Assembly: GCA_030431755.1 (NCBI GenBank)
Contig: JAUIIK010000003.1
Span: 1,770 to 65,769, forward strand
Direction of reading: 5' to 3'
Length of the DNA: 64,000 nt
Origin: Chloroflexia bacterium
GTDB taxonomy: Bacteria; Chloroflexota; Chloroflexia; Thermomicrobiales; CFX8
Both the position numbers and the translations under genes were made by a program. Shown here piece by piece: positions 56,187-62,900 of the stretch; positions within the stretch are counted from its first letter, which is position 1, and each line of letters begins with the position of its first letter. The notes under the pieces are model-generated. The model was not told the origin of the DNA and did no database searches. It saw only the letters and a list, made by a program, of their open reading frames with translations.

Positions 56187-57098
56187 TTAGAAGGTCGTGT
56201 CGTCTGAGGGGCAGTTGCCGGATTCATACGCGGCCAACGCTGCCTCCGGGAGAAGCCACCGCCAGGTGCCATCGACCTCGATGAGGTGACTCGTCACGTC
56301 GAGCTCGATGGCACCGATCGTGTAGTGGACAGTCACCGCCGCGGTGTCTTGCATCCCTATGCGTGGCACCTCGACGGCGAGCTCATCGACGCTCGTCACG
56401 TCGACGGTGATGTCGGCCGTAGCTGCATCCGCCCAACAGGAGCTAAAGAGCTCTGGTTCGACATACGCCTGGTGCTCCGGGTGGAGTGATGCGTAGACCA
56501 GCTCCCAGTCGCCCGCAACGGCTGCCTCGATCTGCGTGATACGTGCATCGCCTGGATTGGACGTATTGGGCGTCGCAGCGCTTTGGTCTTCGAGGATCTC
56601 AATGGGGAAGGTCTGCATCGTGCCATCGCAGTCGATCACGATTTCGCCATTGCCGGGGCGCGTGCTTTGCCCTATAAGCCACTCCCAGCGTATGCGGCCG
56701 TCGCTGCCGGCGGTGCGTGGCTCCAGTCCCTCAGCTGCACTAGCCGTGTCCGACGGTGTCCGGTAGGCGATGCTGCATTCCGTGCCTGGAGCCGCCTCGA
56801 TTTCGACCGTTGCGAAGTCCCCGGGATGCGTGCCTGCAATCTCGATGACTGCGAACTCCACGCCGGGTTCATCTGTTGGCGATGGTTCTGGAGGCTCTGG
56901 CGTGGCCGTGGGCGGCGCTTCTGTAGCGTCTGTGGCAGTTGCCGCCGTTGTCACGGTCGGCTCTGCCGTCACATCGGCCGATCCTTCGGTCGCGGTCGGT
57001 TCCTGGGCACTGGTCGGTGTGGCAGCGGGTTCATCGTCGCCGCCACATGCGGTGACTCCGCAAACGATGAACAGCAGACAGAGTGTCAACCAACGCAC
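56187..57098 (-). CDS. prophage-encoded lipoprotein, unknown function
   Basis: Signal peptide plus lipobox (LLFIVCGVTAC), a Thr/Pro/Glu-rich tether, then two globular regions. GTG start with GGAG SD. Confidence 0.75.
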   Translation of the reverse strand: MRWLTLCLLFIVCGVTACGGDDEPAATPTSAQEPTATEGSADVTAEPTVTTAATATDATEAPPTATPEPPEPSPTDEPGVEFAVIEIAGTHPGDFATVEIEAAPGTECSIAYRTPSDTASAAEGLEPRTAGSDGRIRWEWLIGQSTRPGNGEIVIDCDGTMQTFPIEILEDQSAATPNTSNPGDARITQIEAAVAGDWELVYASLHPEHQAYVEPELFSSCWADAATADITVDVTSVDELAVEVPRIGMQDTAAVTVHYTIGAIELDVTSHLIEVDGTWRWLLPEAALAAYESGNCPSDDTTF

Positions 57099-57134
57099 TG
57101 GCTGGCTCCAATCCTCATGATCTCGGGTATCGGG

Positions 57135-57863
57135 TTATTGCCGCAGCCGGCGGCGTTTGATCTGGAAGGCTTCGACGGCGATGCCGACAACGGTCACATT
57201 GTCAGCGTCGAAGCTCACGAAATAGCACGCTTGATCGCCATCAGTTTCGCGGAGCTCGTAGCCGTCCTCCGCAATGCGCACCTGTTTGACCAACGTGTCG
57301 TCACCAACGCTCAGGACCACGACGTCACCGTCGCGCGGCTCGCCTTCGCGCTCGATCAGGAGCGACATGCCATCTTCGATGCCCAGGCTGCGGAGACAAT
57401 CGCCGCGAACCTGAACGACAGCTGGCGATTGCACGCCTTCGACGAAATGCAGGGGTACGAGCGCGAACTCCTGCTCGCTGGCCATCCAACGGACCGTGCC
57501 GGCTGAGGCGTAGCCAAGAACTGGCACCTCGACCTCGCCGCGTTCGAGTTGTTGGAAATAGGTAACCGCTTGTCGGGTCTCATGGCGTAGGGCGGACAGC
57601 ATGCGTTCAGCCTCCTCGATCGAGAGCGGTCGCGACTCACCAGCCTCAGGCTCGTAGCCGGCGGCACGCTCTACTTCCTCATCAGGGAGCTCGAAGGCCC
57701 TCGCAATTTCGGCAAGCGAACGGCGCTGGGGGACGTTGACGTCGCGGGCCCAGTTACTGACCACGCTGCGGTCGAAGCCGGCGCGGCGCGCCAACTCACC
57801 CTGCGACCAGCCACGTTCCTTCAGTTTGGCTTTCAGCCATGTGCCGAATGATGGGCGGCTCAC
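57135..57863 (-). CDS. CI/LexA-like repressor: XRE HTH plus S24 peptidase-like domain (Cys at nucleophile position)
   Basis: HTH WSQGELARRAGFDRSVVSNWARDVNVP, an Ala-Gly candidate cleavage site (YASAGT), and an S24 core VQVRGDCLRSLGIEDG...LVKQVRI. Start proposed at GTG 57863; the longest ORF reaches 57965. Confidence 0.8.
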   Translation of the reverse strand: MSRPSFGTWLKAKLKERGWSQGELARRAGFDRSVVSNWARDVNVPQRRSLAEIARAFELPDEEVERAAGYEPEAGESRPLSIEEAERMLSALRHETRQAVTYFQQLERGEVEVPVLGYASAGTVRWMASEQEFALVPLHFVEGVQSPAVVQVRGDCLRSLGIEDGMSLLIEREGEPRDGDVVVLSVGDDTLVKQVRIAEDGYELRETDGDQACYFVSFDADNVTVVGIAVEAFQIKRRRLRQ

Positions 57864-57895
57864 AGGACCATCCGTTGTGATCTCAACACCTTCGC

Positions 57896-57925
57896 TTGAC
57901 AGTTGGAGAATACGCGGGTATTCTC
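57896..57925 (+). promoter_or_regulatory. early promoter TTGACA-N17-TATTCT overlapped by a 20-bp palindromic operator
   Basis: TTGACA at 57896-57901 and TATTCT at 57919-57924. The palindrome GAGAATAC-GCGG-GTATTCTC (57906-57925) also supplies TATTCT on the minus strand, preceded by TTGCTT-N18. Confidence 0.6.
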
Positions 57926-57965
57926 TTGAGAAGCAATAGTGGGATTCACAACGGGATGTACACAC

Positions 57966-58232
57966 ATGACACTCACAACGTCTCAGGTCAATAGCATCGA
58001 TCCTGCACCTCTCTTTCGCTACTTGGACGAACGCGGCATACAGCAGCTGTGGTTAGCCGACCAGCTCGGCATTAGCAAAGGGCACCTCACGAACATCAAG
58101 GCAGGCCGCAAGCCGGTGCCAGATTGGATGCCAGCGCAGGTGAGCAGGGTTCTTGACGTCCCGTCGTCCGCGCTGTTCCACAATCTTCCTGGCCCTGACA
58201 CTACTCCTGAACTCGACGCGGAGGTTGCGTAG
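57966..58232 (+). CDS. Cro/XRE-like HTH protein
   Basis: 88 aa with HTH QQLWLADQLGISKGHLTNIKAGRKPV, divergent from the repressor. GTG 57939 is an alternative start. Confidence 0.75.
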   Translation: MTLTTSQVNSIDPAPLFRYLDERGIQQLWLADQLGISKGHLTNIKAGRKPVPDWMPAQVSRVLDVPSSALFHNLPGPDTTPELDAEVA

Positions 58233-58402
58233 TGGCGCAGCCAACGCGAACCAAGTCGCGCGAACGTCTGACGGCGGATCGCCATGCTCGCTTGATCAAT
58301 CATCCCGTCTGGCGGCGGATTATGGACAAGGTGCTTTTCGGCTACCCGCCAGATGGTGTCCTGGAAGACGAAAGCAGCAACCACACGACGAACGCGCCGT
58401 GA
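58232..58402 (+). CDS. possible small protein (56 aa), below the ORF-track cutoff
   Basis: The GTG overlaps the cro-like stop (TAGTG). The translation VAQPTRTKSRERLTADRHARLINHPVWRRIMDKVLFGYPPDGVLEDESSNHTTNAP looks protein-like. Confidence 0.3.
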   Translation: MAQPTRTKSRERLTADRHARLINHPVWRRIMDKVLFGYPPDGVLEDESSNHTTNAP

Positions 58403-58979
58403 TGATGGCCGAACGTCGTCGAGAACCGGTGGTGAGTCAATGATGGGAGCTACCCTCACCGCCGAGCCTGTCCTGCGCTCCCTCCCCTGTGTGGCGTGCG
58501 AGGCATCCCCCAACCGACCTTGCCGCCACTCCGGAGCTCTGGGCGTCGTGATCACTTGCAATCGTGGTGATGTCGTACGTGATGTCCCAGGGCTCCGGAG
58601 TGGCGTTCGTGTCCCCCATGACGCCATATTGCCCCTCTCTCCCCCGAGACGCGCAATGTCCGGTTGTGGGTTGACAGCCCACGACCGGCGTTGCGCCGAA
58701 CCCGCGAGCGGGTGTCTCACTGGGTGCTCTGATCAGCAGGTCACGCTCCTCAATGATCGGTACGCATGTTCTGCCCGGTGGGGTGCCCGTTCACGGGTTC
58801 GGCGCAACTGGGGTGCTCCGCGCCTCCGTGCGTCGAATGCTCTCCTCGCTCGGGCCGGCTCCGAGTCTCCCAGGACTCGGGGCCGCTTCCCAGCCGCTGA
58901 GAATGCCATTGCGCGTACACCCTGCGGCGGATGTCCCGTCGTGTCTCAGCGGCTGCGAAGCGGCTGGCGCATCAACACG

Positions 58980-59372
58980 ATGCGCCGCCGTCTCAGCAAC
59001 AGGTTAGGCGGTCAGGTTGGCCGTGCGAATGTTCGCAATCTGGATTGGTGGTGGTACTTGGCAAATCGAAGGCCGTTGACGGCGCTGCTCACTGAGCGGC
59101 TCGTCGACGTGCAAGTGATCGCGCGGCGCATCGCCGGCGCTGACGGGGTCATCTGCCCCGATGAGCGGCGCTTGCTGACATGCCTGCGCGACGCGACCGG
59201 CATGGCAGAGGACGCTGACGCGGCGCGGATCGAGGCGATCTACGCGCTCAACGTCGGCTTGGAAGAGCCCCCGAGCGCCTGGCATGCGCGCAAGCGTCGG
59301 GAGCGCGCCGAACGACATCAGACCCAGCTCATAAACGAAGACGCCGGACGATTGCAGCGCCCGACGTCATGA
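58980..59372 (+). CDS. hypothetical phage protein (3' third of the 339-aa ORF)
   Basis: Clear GC3 bias and a protein-like sequence appear only from about 59040 (DWWWYLANRRPLTALLTERLVDVQVIARRIAG...). ATG 58980 is the nearest upstream in-frame start. Confidence 0.4.
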   Translation: MRRRLSNRLGGQVGRANVRNLDWWWYLANRRPLTALLTERLVDVQVIARRIAGADGVICPDERRLLTCLRDATGMAEDADAARIEAIYALNVGLEEPPSAWHARKRRERAERHQTQLINEDAGRLQRPTS

Positions 59373-59689
59373 CCGTCCCCAATGTGCAAGGAGTACGGAC
59401 ACTTATGTTATCACGACAGACACCACTTCCCTCGAGAACCTGCGGTAGTTGCCGCTGCTTTCACGCCAGCCCTGCCGCACCCGGTCAGGGACTATGCGTC
59501 CATCCGGGCCGGCGACACCTCTATCCGAACGTTTTGGTCCGAGAGAAGGAACTGGCCTGCCGAGACGGTCGCGGCCGCTCCCTCTGGGCGACTGCCGGCA
59601 CGCTGGGACCGCTCGCACTGGACCCTCGCAACTGCGGCTGGCCGCGCTTTCCGCTCGTGGTGAACGACGTCGTGGAAGGTGTGCAGTAG
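59369..59689 (+). CDS. hypothetical phage protein (Cys-rich)
   Basis: 106 aa with ATGA overlap to the preceding ORF. TCGSCRCFH...GLCVHP...LACRDG; ATG 59404 is a possible start. Confidence 0.45.
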   Translation: MTVPNVQGVRTLMLSRQTPLPSRTCGSCRCFHASPAAPGQGLCVHPGRRHLYPNVLVREKELACRDGRGRSLWATAGTLGPLALDPRNCGWPRFPLVVNDVVEGVQ

Positions 59690-59917
59690 ATGATCACGAA
59701 AGACACCAAGAAGAGACGCGCGCTGACACTCGTCCAGGTCATCCACATCGAGGGCGACGATCACGATGCGGTCCAGACGTTCGTAGATCGAATCGGTGTG
59801 GCTCTGGACGAAGTGATCGAAACGCCGAACGAAGGCGCGATCGCTGCCTCCACTCACTGCGCGCTGCTCCATACGCCGGATGGGGTCTTTCCCAACGCCA
59901 TTGAGGTGGCACCGTGA
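59690..59917 (+). CDS. hypothetical phage protein
   Basis: 75 aa. The ATG immediately follows the preceding TAG. High GC3 and a globular-looking sequence. Confidence 0.6.
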   Translation: MITKDTKKRRALTLVQVIHIEGDDHDAVQTFVDRIGVALDEVIETPNEGAIAASTHCALLHTPDGVFPNAIEVAP

Positions 59918-60222
59918 GACACCAAACGCCGACCACGACGCAACCTGTGCAGCACTCCGACGCGCTTGCGCCGCTCGCAGAATTCCCCTGGCCACCAGGA
60001 GCGCCGGCGGGCTACGACGGCCAGCGGTTCACGGTGACACGGGTGCGCCGCGATCTGAGCGCTGTGCAGCTGCGCGACACCGCCGGCATCGACCGGGGTT
60101 GGTTCCCAGTATCTGAGCTCCACAAGCCACCACCACGCTCCGACGCCGCGCAAGATCGGGCGCGCGAACTGGGGGCGTTCCTTGCCGACCCGTTCGCCGC
60201 TGTGTTCGGAGAGCGCGAGTGA
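59914..60222 (+). CDS. hypothetical phage protein
   Basis: 102 aa with GTGA overlap to the upstream gene. Confidence 0.55.
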   Translation: MRHQTPTTTQPVQHSDALAPLAEFPWPPGAPAGYDGQRFTVTRVRRDLSAVQLRDTAGIDRGWFPVSELHKPPPRSDAAQDRARELGAFLADPFAAVFGERE

Positions 60223-60383
60223 AGCGGCTACTCAACGACCGCCGGGATGCGCGCGCGGAGACAGCGCGTGCCTGGGCCGTGACTGTCGTGCAGCTCCTGG
60301 CGCTGATGGCCATTGTGCTGCTCATGGTCGGCATCTTCGCGATGCTGGGGCCTGGCCAGCCTTTAGGAGCGCCGGCGTCATGA
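60219..60383 (+). CDS. small phage membrane protein (54 aa), below the ORF-track cutoff
   Basis: GTGA overlap upstream and ATGA overlap downstream. VKRLLNDRRDARAETARAWAVTVVQLLALMAIVLLMVGIFAMLGPGQPLGAPAS contains one clear TM helix. Confidence 0.5.
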   Translation: MKRLLNDRRDARAETARAWAVTVVQLLALMAIVLLMVGIFAMLGPGQPLGAPAS

Positions 60384-60946
60384 TGATAACGAGCTCCTTC
60401 CGAATCGGCGGCGTCGACTACGCCGTCGAGGTTGACGACGAGGACCCGAAGCAGGCGTTCCAGACAGCGATCTTCACCGCGCCACGTGAGACGTGCGATG
60501 TCTGTGGCGTGGTCGGTTTTGACACAAAGCAACTGGTGAGCTACCGGACTCGTGAGAAGGGCTTCATCTACGTCAAGCTGATTTGCGATTGCGGCGCGGC
60601 ATCGACCCTGGGCGAGTACCTCAACGGCGGCGTCTTCTGGAAGCCGTACGAAGAGGTCCAGCGCGATGATGATGGCCGCGCCGTCGAGCCCGAGCCGGCC
60701 CTGTCGCAACGTCGCCCCACCGGCCAGCACGCCGAAGGCTGGGGTTTCAACGACGACCCTACGAGCGACCAGTCGATCACCGATGAGCAGGTGCGCGAGA
60801 TACAGCGTCTCCGCAAGCAGCAGAACCTCACTGATCGCGATCTGGCGGGGTTGGTGAACGACCTCGTTGACCGCGAAGTGACGTCGCTACGGGGTCTGAC
60901 TACGACCGAAGCAGACGCGGCAATAGCCCGGCTGCGGCAGCTGTGA
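60380..60946 (+). CDS. hypothetical phage protein with CxxC...CxC zinc-ribbon-like motif
   Basis: 188 aa from ATG 60380 (MMITSSFRIGGVDYAVEV...CDVCG...CDCG...). The C-terminal helical region is ITDEQVREIQRLRKQQ...TTTEADAAIARLRQL. Confidence 0.65.
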   Translation: MMITSSFRIGGVDYAVEVDDEDPKQAFQTAIFTAPRETCDVCGVVGFDTKQLVSYRTREKGFIYVKLICDCGAASTLGEYLNGGVFWKPYEEVQRDDDGRAVEPEPALSQRRPTGQHAEGWGFNDDPTSDQSITDEQVREIQRLRKQQNLTDRDLAGLVNDLVDREVTSLRGLTTTEADAAIARLRQL

Positions 60947-61296
60947 CATGCAATGCGAACCAACAAGCAAGAACAGGACATGCGATGAGTAAGGACCAAC
61001 CCCAGCGGCCCCCAGCTCCGACGATCTCCATTCACCAGGATGGCTATGCGACGAAAGCCAGCAGCGATCAGGCGTTGGGTGCTCGGATCGACAACGAGGT
61101 CGGCAATGCGTTCGACCTCGGGCGGAAGGTCGCGGAGATCATGCGTTCCGAAGGCATCGATCCGAGCGAGTACGCGATCCTGACCTGCATTGGCGTGATC
61201 CCCAAGGAAGACGCGCACAAGCTCGGCATTCGCGGCATCTTCCTGCCCGTCGACGGCCCGGCACGGACCGCCTATGTGGGGGAGGTGATCGAGTGA
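60943..61296 (+). CDS. hypothetical phage protein
   Basis: 117 aa with a 4-nt overlap to the upstream gene. ATG 60985 is an alternative start. Confidence 0.55.
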   Translation: MTCNANQQARTGHAMSKDQPQRPPAPTISIHQDGYATKASSDQALGARIDNEVGNAFDLGRKVAEIMRSEGIDPSEYAILTCIGVIPKEDAHKLGIRGIFLPVDGPARTAYVGEVIE

Positions 61297-61529
61297 GCAT
61301 TCCCCCGCCGAAGCCGCATAGCGGCGCTCAGGAGCGCAAGCTCTGGGCTGAAGCTCGTGACCGCGGCTGGCACCGGGACCAGGTCTATGGCCGGGCAATC
61401 GACATCCTTCCACAGGTGCGGGAGCGCGGGCTCGAGTTCATGACGATGGGCGAGATGAGCCGGCTGATCGACGCAGTGATGACCGAAGTACCGTGGGTCG
61501 ACCCACGCCAGCAGCGGTTGCCGCTATGA
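61293..61529 (+). CDS. hypothetical phage protein
   Basis: 78 aa with GTGA overlap upstream and ATGA overlap downstream. Confidence 0.55.
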   Translation: MSIPPPKPHSGAQERKLWAEARDRGWHRDQVYGRAIDILPQVRERGLEFMTMGEMSRLIDAVMTEVPWVDPRQQRLPL

Positions 61530-62182
61530 GCCACCGACAGCACCATCTCCGCTCCCACGCGAAGCTCTCCGCTGAGCGCTTCATCGCGCTCATTGCCCCC
61601 TACTGCGAGCGAGTCGAGATCGCTGGCTCTATCCGGCGAGCAGTCGACCCGGTCAAGGACATCGAGATCGTCGCCATACCCATCGTCGAGCGATTGCAGG
61701 CCGGTCTGTTCGGTATCGACGAAACCGATGCAGCAAGCGGACCCGAGCGCGATCTGCTGCATGACGAGGTCATGCGGCTGGTCGAGGATCCTGGCTTCCC
61801 GACGCTGGAGGCACGGGTTACGAACGGCCGCATGAGCCTGGGGGACCGGACGAAGTACCTCGTCTGGCAGGGCATCGCGCTCGACCTGTTCGCGGTCAAA
61901 GGGCCGTCGCAGTGGGGCGCGCAACTTGCCTTACGGACCGGCCCGGCGAAATTCAACCAGCTGCTGGTGACATCGCGCGCTGATCGTGGCGCGCTGCCCT
62001 TCGGCATCTACCAGCACCAGGGTGCGCTCTGGAAGGGCGACCCGAAGCGAGGCGGACAGGTCATTCCCACGCCAGAGGAAGACGACTGGTTTCGCAAGCT
62101 GGGCGTGCCCTGCTGGAAGCCGCACGAGCGGACAGCGCAGCGACTGCGGCAGTACCTCGACAACAAGAAGGGAGCCAGCTAG
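61526..62182 (+). CDS. minimal family-X (Pol beta-like) nucleotidyltransferase: palm plus thumb only
   Basis: 218 aa. GSIRRAVDPVKDIEIV has the same G-S-x9-D-x-[DE] spacing as Pol beta GSFRRGAESSGDMDVL. The third carboxylate context is IALDLFAV. Thumb-like LRTGPAKFNQLLV...EEDDWFRKLGVPCWKPHER. Confidence 0.65.
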   Translation: MSHRQHHLRSHAKLSAERFIALIAPYCERVEIAGSIRRAVDPVKDIEIVAIPIVERLQAGLFGIDETDAASGPERDLLHDEVMRLVEDPGFPTLEARVTNGRMSLGDRTKYLVWQGIALDLFAVKGPSQWGAQLALRTGPAKFNQLLVTSRADRGALPFGIYQHQGALWKGDPKRGGQVIPTPEEDDWFRKLGVPCWKPHERTAQRLRQYLDNKKGAS

Positions 62183-62472
62183 TGGCAATACCCGAAGTCC
62201 CCCAGCCGTCGCTGGAGACGCATATGACGGCCGCCAGGGAAGCGGCCCGGCAGTACTTCGCCGCCGATCGAGCTGGCGCGGAGTATGAGGCGCGAAAGCA
62301 GCGGGACACCTGGGAAGGGGATCTGTTCTTCCAGCTCTTCACGGGCGTGATCGACCAGGGGACATTTGCGGACCGGATGGGGGACGCGATGGTGACCGCG
62401 CTGCGGCTCGATCACGAGTTCCGGCCCATCCGTGAGGACCTGAACATCACGCGAGACGACGACGGCGAGTAG
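62182..62472 (+). CDS. hypothetical phage protein
   Basis: 96 aa. The GTG start overlaps the last base of the preceding TAG stop (TAGTG). Confidence 0.55.
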   Translation: MAIPEVPQPSLETHMTAAREAARQYFAADRAGAEYEARKQRDTWEGDLFFQLFTGVIDQGTFADRMGDAMVTALRLDHEFRPIREDLNITRDDDGE

Positions 62473-62477
62473 GCGCA

Positions 62478-62900
62478 ATGGCGAGTGATCGCTCCGAAGC
62501 CCAAGATCTGGAAACACTGGCACGGCTGTTCGTCGCCGGCGTCTACGAGGCGTACCTCGACCTCGTCGATGCCGGTCGTGGGGAGTTTCCATCCGGAGAC
62601 CCCATCGGCGACGTCGAGCACATGCTGGAGCCGCTGATCGAGCAGGCCATCGTCGTCGATGCCGTGCCCTTGTGGATTGGACGGCGCTCGCCTGCCAGCC
62701 GGTCTCACCGGCGCAGTATCTCGCCCAGGACGCGCCGTGAGGTGTTCGAGCGGGACGCCTACCGCTGCCGGCACTGCGGCGGCTGGCACGACCTCACCAT
62801 CGACCACATCCACCCTCTGTCGAAGGGCGGAACGAACGCTTTCGACAACCTGCAAACACTCTGCAAGACCTGCAACAACCGGAAGGGAGACCGGGTGTGA
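62478..62900 (+). CDS. HNH endonuclease
   Basis: CRHCGGWHDLTIDHIHPLSKGGTNAFDNLQTLCKTCNNRK is a canonical HNH/ββα-Me motif with CxxC...CxxC. Confidence 0.88.
   Translation: MASDRSEAQDLETLARLFVAGVYEAYLDLVDAGRGEFPSGDPIGDVEHMLEPLIEQAIVVDAVPLWIGRRSPASRSHRRSISPRTRREVFERDAYRCRHCGGWHDLTIDHIHPLSKGGTNAFDNLQTLCKTCNNRKGDRV

Noticed and set aside
58019-58720. 233-aa ORF on the minus strand
   Set aside because: It overlaps the cro-like HTH gene in antisense and has a Pro/Arg/Ser-rich composition. It may only reflect the absence of stops in a GC-rich, possibly non-coding stretch.
58353-59372. Reading the whole 339-aa ORF as one protein
   Set aside because: Only the last third shows a GC3 bias and composition typical of coding sequence. 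The first two thirds are Cys/Arg/Pro-rich with bulk-level GC3 and dense inverted repeats. I kept it as an open question in the findings rather than calling it a gene.
60029-61413. Two long minus-strand ORFs (233 and 281 aa) inside the prophage early region
   Set aside because: They overlap the chain of plus-strand genes that show start/stop coupling and better composition. The minus-strand translations are Arg/Ser/Pro-rich.
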